Positions 1-11,912 of a stretch of DNA of 64,000 bases are shown here, in pieces (positions within the stretch are counted from its first letter, which is position 1; the number at the start of each line of letters is the position of its first letter). The DNA comes from Rhizaria sp. SCN 62-66 (taxonomy: Eukaryota). The notes beneath the pieces are model-generated. The model ran no database searches, was not told where the DNA came from, and was given only the letters and a program-made list of their open reading frames with translations. Both the position numbers and the translations under genes were made by a program. The stretch spans positions 1 to 64,000 of the forward strand of contig MEDY01000014.1 of the NCBI GenBank assembly GCA_001724265.1, written 5' to 3'.

Positions 1-2160
1 GCGGGCCGCCGCGGCGTCGGCCTTGGCGGCGGCGGCGTCCGCAGCGGCCTCGGTCGCCGCACGCTCGCGGGCCCATTCCTCCTGCGCCTGCGCCAGTCGC
101 GCCGCGGCGTCTGCTGCGGCGGCGCGCGCGGCCGCGGTTTCCGCAGCAGCGGCCTCCGCAGCGGCCTCGGCCTCGGCCGCGGTCTCGGCGTGCGCGCGCG
201 CGCTCTCAGACAGCGCGGCAGCCTAGGCCCGCGCGCGCGCGGCGTCGGCGGCGGCGTCGGACAGCGCGCCCGCGAGCTGCGCCAGCCGCTGCGCGTCACG
301 TTCGGCGCGCGCCTCAGCCTCCGCGGCGGCGGCGGCGCGGGCCTCGTGCGCGGCCTCGTCGGCGACGCTGCGCACGCGCTGCTCCGCCGCTGCGGCAGCT
401 TCCGCAGCGGCCACGGCCGCGCGCTCGAGCGCCTGGCGCTCTTTCTCCTCGCCGACCTGCCGCGCGATGACCAGCGCGGCCTTGGCAGTCGCCAGTTCCG
501 TCTCGGCCGCGCGCGCGCGCGCCTGCGCCTGCGCGACGGCCGCCGTGCCTTCGCGCACTGCGGCCGCGGCCTCAGCGGCAGAGTCGGCGTGGCGGCCCTC
601 GCGCGCGCGCGCCACGGCCAGCGCTTCCTCGGCCGCAGCCAGCTCGCTCTGCAGGCGCGCGGCGTCGCCGGCGCGCGCTTCGGCCGCGGCGAGGCGCGCG
701 GTGGCGTCGGCGCGGCGCGCGCGCTCGTAGTCGACCAGCTCAAGCGCGTGTGCGGCGGCGGCGCGCGCTGTGCTGCTGCTGCCACTACTGTGAGCCGCGT
801 TGCTGTTGTGGATGTCGCCACCAGAGACCGAGCTCGCTGTGCGCTGCGCGGCGGGGGCCAGCGCCGGCGAGCCGTCTCTCACAGTCGCCCTCGGCGGCGC
901 GGCGCTGTTGGCCGTGCCGTTGTTATGCTGTGTTGAAGAGGATGGGTTGCGCTGGTTGTTGACGAGAGCGCGCGCGAGCGCCAGCGCGTCGCTCAGGTGC
1001 GCGTGCATGTGCATGTTCGACGCTACGGCGGCCGCGGCAGTGGCGGCGTTGGCCGCGCTCGCCGCGACAAGCTCCGCGCCAGCGCCGTGGCCGGTCGCGG
1101 CCGCAGTGAGCGCGGTGACGGGGGGAGCGTAAGGCGCCAGTGCAGAGCTCAGCACACCGGAGCTCGGAACGGAGACAGAGCCTGAACGGTCAGCAGCAGT
1201 CGCTGCAGCAGAGCCAGCGCCATTGCCGTTGCTGGCGGCGAGCTGGGCCGCGGCGATGGCGGCGGCAGCAGCGGCCGCGGCCGTGGTCATCGCCTCAGAG
1301 TGACCGTGAGCCGAGTGACCGTGGGCAGGGGGCAGCATGTATGCGTCCGCAGTGTCGATGGCGTAGTCGGCCGCGTGCGTCGACGGGCTCAGTGGACCCA
1401 CGGTCGCCGCGCCAAACGTCAACGGCGGCTGCAAAACACCCTTGTTATTCGCGGGATACTGCTGCTGCTGCTGCTGCTGCGAGACGGCGTGGTGAGAGCC
1501 GTTACCGGGCGCGCGCGCACGGGGCGCGGGGGACAGGTGCGCCAAGCGAGCGGACGCAGCGGTGGCGGCGTGCAGACCGACGCCGGGCGCCACGGGGGCC
1601 GGAAGCGGGTACGCCACAGAGCCTGTACCCGCGCCAACACCCGCAGACGCAGCAGTAGCAGGAGTGGGGAAGGGGATGGCGCCGGGCGGGGCGGGCTCCA
1701 GCAGGAGATCCTGGCGCAGACGCCGCAGCAGCTTGTTGTAGTTGGCGATGTCCGAGTCCAGCGGTGTCGCGCTCGCGCCCGCGGACGAGGTCGTAAAGTA
1801 ACCCGCGCCGGCAGCCGCGTGCGACGGGGCCGCAAACGGGGCCGCGAACGGCGGCTGCGCAGACGGCGCGAAGCCAGGGGTGGCGGGCAGCGCGGCGTCG
1901 TGGATGGGGACGGAGGCCTGCAGACCGGGAGGCAGGCGCAAACCGGACCAGGCGGGCTTGCCGGAGCCGCTGGCCAGAATGCCCGAGCTGGGGTAATGCG
2001 GACGGTCCGTGGAGGAGGCGGCGCGGGCACCGGGGAGGTGTGACGAGGCGCCCATGGAAAGATTCACAGATTGGGTGCTTGTGTCCATGCCAGAGGCGCC
2101 AGCGAGCACGGGCGGGATATTCCCGAAGTCAATCGAACTGTAAAACACGTCGCGGCTCAT
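1..2160 (-). CDS. Uncharacterised protein, low-complexity N-terminus and Ala/Glu/Arg-rich coiled coil; contains in-frame TAG at 223-225; 3' end runs off the window
   Basis: ORF 223..2187(-), first ATG at 2158-2160 (MSRDVFYSS). Past the TAG the same frame stays open for the remaining 74 codons to base 1 with identical coiled-coil character (ARARA*AAALSESARAHAETAAEAEAAAE...LAQAQEEWARER) and no drop in GC. Confidence 0.75.
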
Positions 2161-2551
2161 TTGGTAACGAGTGACAAGCTCGTGCACGAATGCAGATAAG
2201 TTTTGATCCCGAGCGGTCGTCTAAATGTAGATATGACAGAGAGGTAAAGGACGCTTCTGGGAGCACGTAGGCGGATTCAAAATTAAAGAGGTTAGCAAGA
2301 AAAAATTCAAAAAAGAATAATAGAACCTTCATTTTTAGGAGCGGAATTAACACAAATCAAGACCCATTTAATCTAATGACGTTTAACAAGATCAGGGGTG
2401 ACCCGTGAATTCGAGCGTATCATCGAAGGATCCGTTGGCGCGCCAGCGACAGCCGTCGGCCACCGCTCGGTGGTCGCCGAAGGGGGGTGCAGGTTTGGGT
2501 GATTTCATGCAAGTTGCCTGAGTTGAGCGTGATCGTCGAGAACATAGCAGC

Positions 2552-4254
2552 ATGTCTGAGACTCTTCAGAACATCTTTTCTATTCACAGGGTACGTTTAA
2601 TACTGGCTGAACGCTGATCTATCTCATGATATAAGCTTTTATAGCCACTCACATCACAGCCTTCCACGTCATCGCTCCTTTGCCCGTCGTCCTGCAGCCC
2701 GCGGTGACCGTGACCGCGACCTCTGCGTCTGCCGCGCCGGTGACGCTTTCGCATGCGCAGCTTGCTGCGAACACCGACGCCTTTTCGCGCCAGCTGCGCG
2801 CGCTGGGCGTCGCTGTGGGCGAGACTGTGTCGATCCCCATCATCAATAGCGCCGAGTTCATCGTCGCCTTCATCGCCACCACGCTCACGGGCGCGGCCGC
2901 GAACCCGCTCAACCCTGACTACACGGAGGCTGAGTTTACCTTCTACCTTCAGGACACCAAGTCGCGCTTTATGCTCCTCCTCAAAGGCTCCTGCCCGAAC
3001 GCGCGCGCCGCCGCCGCGGCCAACAACGTCGCCGTCATCGAGGTGACCTGGTGCCCTACCACGGGCTCCGTCATCTTCGCCTCTTCTTCCCTGCCCGCGC
3101 CCGCGCCCGCCGCGCTGCCCGCGCCGCCTGCGGACGCCGTCGCGCTGATCCTGCACACGTCCGGCACGACCAACCGCCCCAAGGCCGTGCCTCTGACGCA
3201 CGCGAACCTCATGGCCTCGGTCCGCAACATCGCCGGCACCTACGCGCTGACGCCCGCCGACATCGGCCTGCTCGTCATGCCGCTGTTTCACGTCCACGGT
3301 CTCATGTGCGGACTGCTCGCCCCGCTCTACGTCGGCGGCTCCGTCGTGGTGCAGTATCACAAGTTCTCCGCCAGTCGCTTCTGGACTGACCTGCTCGCGT
3401 ATAAGTGCTCGTGGTTCACCGCCGTGCCCACGATGCACCAGATCCTGCTCTCGGGCGTCGGCAAGCGCGGCCCCGCGGCGCGCGCCGAGCTCCAGTCCGC
3501 TTTGCGCGCACAGGGCCGTCTGCGCTTTGTGCGCTCGTGCTCTTCCGCTCTGGCGCCTGCGACGCTGCGCGCGGTGCACGAGCTGCTGGGGGTGCCCGTG
3601 ATCGAGGCCTACGCCATGACCGAGGCGAGCCACCAGATGACGTCCAACACGCTCACGGTGCAGAAGCCGGGCTCGGTGGGCGTTGGCCACGGCGTCGCTG
3701 TGTCAATCCGCGACGACTCTGGCCGCGCGCTGCCGGCGGAGAGCGAGGGCGAGATCTGTGTCCAGGGCCCCAACGTCACCGCGGGGTACCTCAACAACCC
3801 CAAGGCGAACGCGGAGAGCTTCTTCCCGGGCGGCTGGCTGCGCACGGGCGACCGCGGTCGCGCTGACGCAGATGGGTTTATCTACATCACCGGTCGGCTG
3901 AAAGAGATGATCAACCGCGGCGGCGAGAAGATCATGCCCGGCGAAGTCGACGCCGCGCTGCTTGAGCACCCACTCGTTGCGGAGGCTGTCGTCTTCGCGG
4001 CGCCGCACGCGCTCCTGGGCCAGGTCGTGCACGCCGCTGTCGTGCTCAAGCCCGGCGCGCCTGACGCCACAGGTGACAGCAAGGTGGCGGCGGAGCTCAA
4101 GGGGCAGATCCAGCAGTTTGTGCGCGGAAAGCTCGCCGCGTTTAAGGTGCCTGTGGAGGTCTACTTCGCCAAGTCTGTGCCGCGGACTGCGACGGGTAAG
4201 ATCCAGCGCCGCTTTGTCGCGGAACACTTCCTCAAGCCCCAGGCCAAGCTTTAA
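2552..4254 (+). CDS. Peroxisomal acyl-activating enzyme, oxalate--CoA ligase type (AAE3/PCS60-like); 2 exons (2552-2590, 2698-4254), ~531 aa
   Basis: AMP-binding motif LHTSGTTNRPKAV, PLFHVHGL, EAYAMTEASHQMTSN, GWLRTGD, GRLKEMINRGGEKI, PRTATGKIQRR; C-terminal PTS1 tripeptide AKL; TAA stop. An upstream ATG exon (MSETLQNIFSIHR) joins in frame through GTACGT...CTGCAG. Confidence 0.88.
2591..2697 (+). other. Spliceosomal intron, 107 nt, phase 0
   Basis: GTACGT donor, CTGCAG acceptor, restores the frame from ATG 2552; the nearer AGs at 2644 and 2659 are out of frame. Confidence 0.7.
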
Positions 4255-4756
4255 GCAAAATGGCTTAATCAGTGCACATTTGCGCGAGAGAACGCACTTG
4301 GGACGAACGCGCCAGCAAACACGACTGCGGCGATGCATCGGTTGCGATATGTCGCCGCGTTACAGTCTAACACAAGCTGCATGTGATCTTAGATGATCTA
4401 TGACAGCTCTCTTTTATTATTTCTTCCCTTTGGAACTACCGACACTTCTCACTTTAAAATGCATCCCTGACGGATGTACGTGCATTGCTTTTCAGAGCTA
4501 AAATCACAATGAGAAACAATACACACAATCAATAAATTTCACACACCACACCAGACGTCTTAGATATTAAAATACATGTATTTTTGTTTACGGAGATGCA
4601 CAATTTCAAGATAGTCATTGTGTCACCTGTGACCATATCTAGTTTGAATAAGTTTCCAGATGCGTGCAGAATCAAATCACGGGTACAATATATGTTAAAT
4701 ACTGCTGATTCACGTTTCAGCAGAGAAATTAACGTCTCAGACCTTGGCAGGCACAA

Positions 4757-7700
4757 TTACTTGCTGAGGTCGAGCGTGAGCTCGGGCGCGGCGTTGACGG
4801 CATGCATCTTGAGCAGGTGCGCCATCTGGGCGTCGCGCTTGAGCGCACTGAGCCCGCGCGCGACACGCACCGCGGCGCCGGCCGCAGCCGCCGCAGCATC
4901 AGCCGCACCAGTGTGCCAGAGCACTGCGATGGCCCAGGCGACGACGGCCGCTAGCGCAGGCGCGCGCGAGACGATGCCGATGGCGGCAATAAGCGCCAGC
5001 GCGGCGGCGGCCAGCGCAGTGCGGTCGTCGCCGGCGTCCCACGTCACGAGCGCTCGCGCGCGGTGCAGCGCCGTGGCGGCGCGGCCGCAGCCGACCTGAA
5101 GCGCGGTGAGCAGCGCCGTGCTCTGCGGCGACACTGTGGGGGCGAGCGCGCGCAGACGCGTGGCGTAACCCTCGAGCACGATGTCGCGGTGGTCCGCGGC
5201 GTAGTACGACGCGGAGAGCTGCGCGCGGCTGAGCTCGAAGTGGTCCTCGGCCGCCGAGACGACGATGCCGCACAGAAGCAGCAGCGCAGCGACGGTGATG
5301 AGCAGCCACGGTGCGTACACAGCACCCGCGGCGACGCCGACGAGCACCAGCGCCGACAGACTCGGGTTGCGCCACGCCAGCACCGAGTACACGGCAGCAG
5401 CCACGGTCAGCAGCCCGGAGCACGCGTCGGCGAACCGCGCGACGTTGAACACGAAGACTTCAGGAATGAAGACGTTGGTCGCAGCGACAATGCCACCCGC
5501 GGCGCCCGACTGCGACGCAGCGGCGTCGCCCGCGCCCGCGGAGGCCAGGATCGGCAGCCAGAGCGAGGGCTCGTCCGCGGCGCCGAGGTCGCCCAGCGTG
5601 CCCGCGCCGGTCATCGCGCGCGCGGTCGCAACGGCAGACTGGATGAGCTCCGCATCCGCCGCGGTCTGCGGCCGCGACCAGCCGTCCCACATCAGCCCCG
5701 CGCCCGCCGCGCCGGCACTGCCGGCCGCGGCGCCCGCGGGCGCGACGGCGGCCGAGGCGGCGGCCGAGGCGGCGGCAGCAGCGGCGGCGCGGTTGAAAGC
5801 GCCGGTGACGCCGTTGCGCGCGGCCCACTGCGCGACGGGGTGCGCGCCACCCGTGGCGGCCGCGGCGGCGATGGACGCAGTCGCGGCGTCGTCCGCATTC
5901 GTGGCGGCACCCGGGAGACGCGGCGCCGAGTAGGAGCGCGAGCCGTGCTCGACCTCCCAGAGTGCCCACGCGAGGCGGCTGAGCGCGAGCGTGGACTCGA
6001 CGCACACGAACAGGCCCTTGGGCGCGTCGGCGGCGTCGCCCGCAGCGGCGCTCGCGTCGGTGTGCTGGGACGCGAGGATCTCGTGGCGCAGCACTGCGCG
6101 GTCGACCTCGAGCGGGACGCCAGAGAGTGCGTACCACGCGCGGCGCACGGGCAGCTCGCCAGCGGCGGCGAAGGACTCGGCCGTGAAACCGTCGACCTGC
6201 GCGTCCGCCATGAGCTCGCCCAGCGACAGACGCAGCGCGCCGAGGCGGATCGGCCGTGCGGTCTGCGCAGCGGCGGCGCCGGCAAGGGCGGCGGGCGACA
6301 GCGCGGCCGCAGCGCCAGAGGACGCCGCTGCGGCAGCCGCGGCCGCGGTGGGCTTGGCGTAGACAGTGATGAGGAAACGCGTGTCGGGCGCGGCAATGGG
6401 GCTGCAGAGCCCGCGCGTGGGGGCGCCGGCGGCTGCGGCGGCCGGGGCCGATGCGGCCGGAGCGCGCGCCATGTGCGCAAAGACGGGGCCCGGGGAGGTG
6501 ACGTACTGGTCGTCGAGCGCGACGCCAGCGGGGAAACGTGTGCTTACGGTCATCGTGCAGTACAGCTGATACAGAGGCTCGCCCGCGGTGTCGCCCACCG
6601 CGCCCGCAAGCCCGTTGCCTAGCACGGCGGCGATGGAGCCGCCGAGACGCACGAGGCGCAGCGCGTAGTAACCGAGCGCCGCGGGGTCGAAGTCCTCTCC
6701 GACTGTCGCCACTGTGGTTCCGGCCGCAGCGGGCGTCGGCGCGGGGCGCGCACGCAGAGCGCGGAGTCCGCCCTTCGCCGCGGCACGCGCACGCACAGCG
6801 GCAAGCACGTCCGAGGTGGTGCGCGCGGCGAATGAGCGCAGCGGCGCGTGCCACGCGGCGTCTTCCTCGCCCGTCGCGGGCCAGGAGACCGTGCGCAGAC
6901 CGGGGATCAGATCGCCCGCGCCCGCACCACCGGCACCAGAAGCGCCAGAAGTGCGCGCGAGCACGGTGGCGTACTGCTTGCGCTCGAACGCCACGGCGGC
7001 GCGCACGGCGGCAGGATCCGTGGAGATGAGCTTGCCGATGCGCGCGATGCAGAGCGGCTGCTTGATGTTGGCCGCGTTGACGAGCGAGATGGGCAGCGAG
7101 CCGCAGAGGTCGGAGCCGAGCGCGTAGATGATGTCCGACTGCGGCGGCGCGCCCGCGGGCAGGTCTGTGGCGGGCGAGATGAGCAGCGCCTGCACGTGGA
7201 GAATGCCACGGACGAACTTCTTCCCCACGGGCACGCGCGGGTCGACGTAGTTGGTGAAGTACACGAAGATGGCCTTGTTGGGCAGCAGCTCAGAGCGGCC
7301 CAGCGTGCAGAAGTCGCGGCCGGACACGGGCCACGGCGCCTTGAACCCAGCCGTGGCGATGACCGTGTTAGTGTCGATGCTCTCGACGACGCGACCGGAG
7401 TCGTACGTGTCGTCCCACTTGGGGCGCGTGTTCCCGGCCGCGAACATGCAGCGCACCGTTTCGGGGTCGCCCGGAATGCGGCCGACGCCCTTGGTGTAGT
7501 TGAGCGGTGTCTTGCCGTCGCTGCCGGGCGGGCCCTGCTTCTGGTAGATCTTAATCCCCTCGAGCTCGGTGACAAACTTCCACCCGTCGTCCTCGTTCTG
7601 ATTGGCCGCGCGCCACGCCGCCGCGCGCGCAGTCACCAACAGGGCGTCGTGCTTGCACGGGCCGGTGGGCGCGATCGAGATTGCGTAGTCTTCCTGAGAC

Positions 7701-10700
7701 ACGCCTTCCACAGCGCCCGCGGGTGCAGCGGCACCAGCGCCGGCAGAGGCAGAGCCCGCGGCCGCCGCGGCGGAGGGACGGAACGACTCGAACTTGCGGC
7801 GCTCGAGTGCGACGGCCTCCTGCGCCACGGCGGGGTTGGACGCGATGAGCTTGCCGATCTTCGAGATGCACAGCGGCTGCTTGATGTTGGCGGCGTTGAC
7901 CAATGACTTGGGCAGCGAACCGCAAGGATCAGTGCCGATAGCGTAGATAACATCCGTGGCGTTGGGCTGGCCGTCGACGGGGCGCAGCAGCAGCGAGTTG
8001 TACAGGAGACGGCCGCGCACAAACTTCTTCTGCTTCGGCGCGTCGGGGTGATCCCAGTTACCGCTGTAGACGAAGATGGATCCGTCGGGGCGCACGACGG
8101 AGCGGCCCAGCGAGCAGAAGTCGCGGCTCGACACGGGCCAGGGTGCCGTGAAGTAGGCCCACGAGATGACGGTGTTGGCGTCGACGCGCTCGACCACGCG
8201 GCCGTCGCCGTACATTTCGTCCCACTTCGGCCGCGCTTCGGCAGAGGCGAACATGCACCGCACCGTCTCCGGCGGCGCGGCGATGCGTCCGACGCCCTTT
8301 GTGAAGTTGAGGTCCTGGCCGACAGGGCCCTTCTTCTGGTAGATCTTGATGCCCTCAAGCTCTGTCACGAACTTCCACCCGTCGTCCTCGTTGCGCGTGA
8401 CGGCGCGCCATGCCTCGGCCTCGCAGGCCTCGAGCGCGGCGTCGTATTGCGGCGACGGCGGCAGCGGGTCGACGCTGATGCCGTAATCAGCCTGGCGCAG
8501 ACCACTCGCGCTGGCGCCTGAGCCCGCCGCACCGGAGCCGCCCGCAGCAGCAGCGGCCGCGGCGGCCGAGTCGGCGGCAGCGGCGGCGGCGGCGGCGGCC
8601 TCCTGGAGCGCGGTCTTGAACTTCTCCGCCTCGGTCTCTATCGCAGTGCGCACGGCGGCCGGGTTGGTCGCGATGAGCTTGCTGATCTTGGCCATGCACA
8701 GCGGCTGTTTGATGTTCGCCGCGTTCACCAGCGACTTGGGCAGCGAGCCACACGGGTCAGTGCCGATGGCGTAGACCACGTCGGTTTTGTCGGGCTGGCC
8801 GGGCACGGGCCGCAGCAGCAGCGCAGTGTACAGCAGCACGCCGCGCACGAGCTTCTTCACCGGCGGCGCGTCCGCGTGGTCGAAGTTCGTGCTGTAGACG
8901 AAAATAGCGCCGTCGGGCAGCACCATCGAGCGGCCGATGGCGCAGAAGTCGCGCCCAGCGACGGGCCACGGCGCCTTAAAGTTGGCATACGACACGACGG
9001 TGTTGGCGTCAATGCGCTCGACGACGCGGCCCTCGCCGTACATCTCATCCCACACAGGCCGGATCTCGCCGCACGCAAACACGCAGCGGACCGTCTCCGG
9101 CGAGCCGTTGATGCGGCCCACGCCCTTGGTGAAGTTGAGGTCCTGCCCCGTGGGGCCCTTCTTCTGGAAAATGCGGATGCCTTCCAATTCAGTGACAAAC
9201 TTCCACCCGTCGTCCTCGTTGCGCGTCGCCGCGCGCCACGCCTCGGCGTGCGCGGATTGCAGCGTCACGTCGAACTTGTTCGCAGGCAGCGGCGCCACCG
9301 AGATCGAGTACTTGCTCTGATCCAGTCCAGACGCAGCCGCAGCGTCATCGGGCTTCGCAGCGGAGGCAGCGGCAGCGGCGGCTGAGGGCGAGCCCGCCGC
9401 GACGCTGACCACGCCCTCCACAGCCCCAGCCCCGGCGGCGCCAGTGACCGTCGCGTTGGGCGCGCCGAAACGCGTGATGTTCTCGTTGAACTTGTCCATT
9501 TCAAGCTTCTTGGCCTGCGCCACGGCGGCCGGGTTTGTCGCGATCAGCTTGCCGATCTTGGCCACACACAGCGGCTGCTTGACGTTGACCGCGTTAACGA
9601 GCGAGGGCGGCAGCGATCCGCACGGGTCGGTGCCGATGGCGTAAACCACGTCCGAGAGCTCCGGGGCGCCGGGCACGGGCTTGATCCACGTCGCCGAGAA
9701 GATCACCAGTCCACGCACGACCTTTTTGACCGGTGGCACGGCCGGATGGGTGTAGTTGCCGTAGTACACGAGGATCGAGCCGTCCTTGGGGTCGACGAGC
9801 GTGCGGCCAAGCGAGCAAAAGTCGCGGCTCGCCACGGGCCACGGCGCCTTGAAGCTGGCGTACGACACCACCGTGTTGTGGTCGATTTGCTCCACGACGC
9901 GGCCCTCGCCGTACATCTCGTCCCACTTGCTGCGCGTCTCGCCGCATGCAAACACGCGGCGCACCGTCTCGGGGGAGCCCACGATACGGCCCACGCCCTT
10001 GGTGAGCTTCACGTCCTTGCCCGGCGGGCCCGGCTTCTGGTAGATCTTGATGCCCTCAAGCTCGGTGACAAACTTCCACCCGTCGTCCTCGTTGCGCGTA
10101 ACGGCGCGCCACGAGTCGGCCTCGCTCTGCGCCAGCAGTGCGTCGTAGCGCGACGGCGGCAGCGGGTAGATCGACACCGCGTAGTCAGCCTGGTTCAGAC
10201 TCGTGCAGAACGCAGCGCTGCCGGATGCAGACGCAGCGCCTGCAGCGCCAGCAGAAGCGGGCGCGGAAGCAGAGGCGGGGCGCCGAGTAGTGCCATGTTC
10301 GTCGTCGCCCTCGTCGTCTTGATCATCGTCCTCGTCCTCGTCTTCGTCGTCGTCACTGACTTCGCTGTCGTCGCTCTCCTGCGCGTGACCGTGCCCGCCC
10401 TTGTTCGCGGTGGGCGCTGCGCCAGCACTAGCGGCGTTTGCGGCATTCTTGACGGCGATGTTAGACGCGGCGAGGATGGGAGCGAGAGGAATGCGCGCGA
10501 CACCCTTCTCGCCCAACCTGTCCCACGACCAGCTCTCCTGGCACCGCGCCGGGTCCAGCTGCCCCGGAATCGCGTCCCCGGTCATCGCGCCGCCAGCGGT
10601 GTTGATGTTGGTGTTACCGGCGCCAGTGCTGATGCCCGCGCGCTGTGCCTCGGTCCAGAAGCGCTGCGCCAGCTCGACGTGTGCCATCACACGCTGCTCC

Positions 10701-11428
10701 ACGGCCGCGGCCGCGTCGGGCGCCTCCAGCACGCGGCGAATGCCGGCGATAAGCAGCGGCAGCGTTGGCGCGGACGCGTTGACGAGCGCGGCGGGGATGT
10801 TACCGTTGGGGGAAGAGAGCACGGCGTACGTCAGGCGAGTGAGCGTGCCGTCGCCGAGGGGCGCGAAGAGGAGGCCGCAGTAAGGAATGCTGGAGCGCAC
10901 GTAGCCGTCGCGCGGCTCGGGCACGCAGGGATGGGAGACGGCGGTGGAGAAAACGAAGATGGAGCCGTCAGCACGGGGCTCCCACCGCATCACCACCAGG
11001 GCCTCGCGGTTGGCGATCGGCCAGCCAAGCTTGTAGGCGCTGTAAATCACGTCCGTGCGCTTGTCGACGCGTTGAATGTGGCGACCCTCACTCAGCATCG
11101 GGTCCACGGCCATGCGCAGCGGCAGGCAGTGGTTCGCAGTGAAGTGTGTGATATCGGGCGAGGCCTGGACGATGCCAACACCTTTGGTGCCAACGAACGG
11201 GTCGCCCTCAACTTGCTTGAGAAAGATCTCGACGCCGTCCTTCGTGTCCTTGTATTTCCAGCCGGCGTTGCCGGCTAAAGCTTCGGGCGTCGCGTCGTGC
11301 GAGACGCCGCACGTGACGGCTTCGAGCGCGAGCGGACGCGCCCGCGCCAGAGCGGCCTCCCACGATGCCAGGATCTCGGCGCCCTGCGGCGTCAGCGGCG
11401 TGAATGCAGGGGAAGAAGACTGACTCAT
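4757..11428 (-). CDS. Multi-START-domain lipid-binding/transfer protein (5 START domains, possible C2-like region, C-terminal hydrophobic membrane anchor), ~2223 aa
   Basis: One divergent START domain ([14 protein letters not shown]...WPIANRE...[11 protein letters not shown]) plus four similar copies ([20 protein letters not shown]...KWDEMY..GRVVE.ID...APWPV..RDFC...DPCGSLP.SLVN); hydrophobic segments near the C-terminus; ATG at 11426-11428; TAA stop. Confidence 0.88.
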   Translation of the reverse strand: MSQSSSPAFTPLTPQGAEILASWEAALARARPLALEAVTCGVSHDATPEALAGNAGWKYKDTKDGVEIFLKQVEGDPFVGTKGVGIVQASPDITHFTANHCLPLRMAVDPMLSEGRHIQRVDKRTDVIYSAYKLGWPIANREALVVMRWEPRADGSIFVFSTAVSHPCVPEPRDGYVRSSIPYCGLLFAPLGDGTLTRLTYAVLSSPNGNIPAALVNASAPTLPLLIAGIRRVLEAPDAAAAVEQRVMAHVELAQRFWTEAQRAGISTGAGNTNINTAGGAMTGDAIPGQLDPARCQESWSWDRLGEKGVARIPLAPILAASNIAVKNAANAASAGAAPTANKGGHGHAQESDDSEVSDDDEDEDEDDDQDDEGDDEHGTTRRPASASAPASAGAAGAASASGSAAFCTSLNQADYAVSIYPLPPSRYDALLAQSEADSWRAVTRNEDDGWKFVTELEGIKIYQKPGPPGKDVKLTKGVGRIVGSPETVRRVFACGETRSKWDEMYGEGRVVEQIDHNTVVSYASFKAPWPVASRDFCSLGRTLVDPKDGSILVYYGNYTHPAVPPVKKVVRGLVIFSATWIKPVPGAPELSDVVYAIGTDPCGSLPPSLVNAVNVKQPLCVAKIGKLIATNPAAVAQAKKLEMDKFNENITRFGAPNATVTGAAGAGAVEGVVSVAAGSPSAAAAAASAAKPDDAAAASGLDQSKYSISVAPLPANKFDVTLQSAHAEAWRAATRNEDDGWKFVTELEGIRIFQKKGPTGQDLNFTKGVGRINGSPETVRCVFACGEIRPVWDEMYGEGRVVERIDANTVVSYANFKAPWPVAGRDFCAIGRSMVLPDGAIFVYSTNFDHADAPPVKKLVRGVLLYTALLLRPVPGQPDKTDVVYAIGTDPCGSLPKSLVNAANIKQPLCMAKISKLIATNPAAVRTAIETEAEKFKTALQEAAAAAAAAADSAAAAAAAAGGSGAAGSGASASGLRQADYGISVDPLPPSPQYDAALEACEAEAWRAVTRNEDDGWKFVTELEGIKIYQKKGPVGQDLNFTKGVGRIAAPPETVRCMFASAEARPKWDEMYGDGRVVERVDANTVISWAYFTAPWPVSSRDFCSLGRSVVRPDGSIFVYSGNWDHPDAPKQKKFVRGRLLYNSLLLRPVDGQPNATDVIYAIGTDPCGSLPKSLVNAANIKQPLCISKIGKLIASNPAVAQEAVALERRKFESFRPSAAAAAGSASAGAGAAAPAGAVEGVSQEDYAISIAPTGPCKHDALLVTARAAAWRAANQNEDDGWKFVTELEGIKIYQKQGPPGSDGKTPLNYTKGVGRIPGDPETVRCMFAAGNTRPKWDDTYDSGRVVESIDTNTVIATAGFKAPWPVSGRDFCTLGRSELLPNKAIFVYFTNYVDPRVPVGKKFVRGILHVQALLISPATDLPAGAPPQSDIIYALGSDLCGSLPISLVNAANIKQPLCIARIGKLISTDPAAVRAAVAFERKQYATVLARTSGASGAGGAGAGDLIPGLRTVSWPATGEEDAAWHAPLRSFAARTTSDVLAAVRARAAAKGGLRALRARPAPTPAAAGTTVATVGEDFDPAALGYYALRLVRLGGSIAAVLGNGLAGAVGDTAGEPLYQLYCTMTVSTRFPAGVALDDQYVTSPGPVFAHMARAPAASAPAAAAAGAPTRGLCSPIAAPDTRFLITVYAKPTAAAAAAAASSGAAAALSPAALAGAAAAQTARPIRLGALRLSLGELMADAQVDGFTAESFAAAGELPVRRAWYALSGVPLEVDRAVLRHEILASQHTDASAAAGDAADAPKGLFVCVESTLALSRLAWALWEVEHGSRSYSAPRLPGAATNADDAATASIAAAAATGGAHPVAQWAARNGVTGAFNRAAAAAAASAAASAAVAPAGAAAGSAGAAGAGLMWDGWSRPQTAADAELIQSAVATARAMTGAGTLGDLGAADEPSLWLPILASAGAGDAAASQSGAAGGIVAATNVFIPEVFVFNVARFADACSGLLTVAAAVYSVLAWRNPSLSALVLVGVAAGAVYAPWLLITVAALLLLCGIVVSAAEDHFELSRAQLSASYYAADHRDIVLEGYATRLRALAPTVSPQSTALLTALQVGCGRAATALHRARALVTWDAGDDRTALAAAALALIAAIGIVSRAPALAAVVAWAIAVLWHTGAADAAAAAAGAAVRVARGLSALKRDAQMAHLLKMHAVNAAPELTLDLSK
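6970..10190 (-). repeat. Four tandem intragenic START-domain repeats, period ~800-870 nt
   Basis: Near-identical DNA block 'aacttccacccgtcgtcctcgtt' recurs near 7575, 8371, 9198 and 10071. Confidence 0.9.
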
Positions 11429-11912
11429 CCCTCTTGGTCTCGGTGTGCAACCACACAACGCAGCGTTGACTGGTAGAAAGCGAGCAGCTCAGACAGAGCG
11501 GGCGGGGGGAAAGAGGCAGAAAAGGTTGTGTTGCAGAAGGGAAGCAGGTCCGTCCGAACACTGAATGACAGATATTCACATAGGGGAGATCGTTGTGAGA
11601 AATGTAGATGATAAGAATAGCCGCGCCACAAAAAATTCTTGTTAGGAATCACTATTGCAATATTGAGAAACGGTTCTACCAAGGCTGACATGTGTGTTTC
11701 TACAAGCACCGAATCGACACGTAGACTAAGCCGTCAGAAACAGAACGGTGCTTCAGGAGCCCAACAAGCAGCTTCGACTCTCATCATCGCGACGTCTTGT
11801 GTATCAGGAATAGCTTTTATCCACATTCTGGTTTTTGCATAGTGTAGCAGCGACTCACATTTATTCTCTTTTTCTCCCTTTTTTCATTCTGACGTTGCAG
11901 TGACCGGTCACC

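Noticed and set aside
223-262. GTCCGA...TAG as a 40-nt intron removing internal TAG #1
   Set aside because: Non-consensus donor, GC-rich, and frame-shifting.
2430-2450. TTGGCGCGCCAG E2F-like palindrome between divergent genes
   Set aside because: Single short occurrence in a GC-rich genome; I did not see it repeated at the other divergent promoters.
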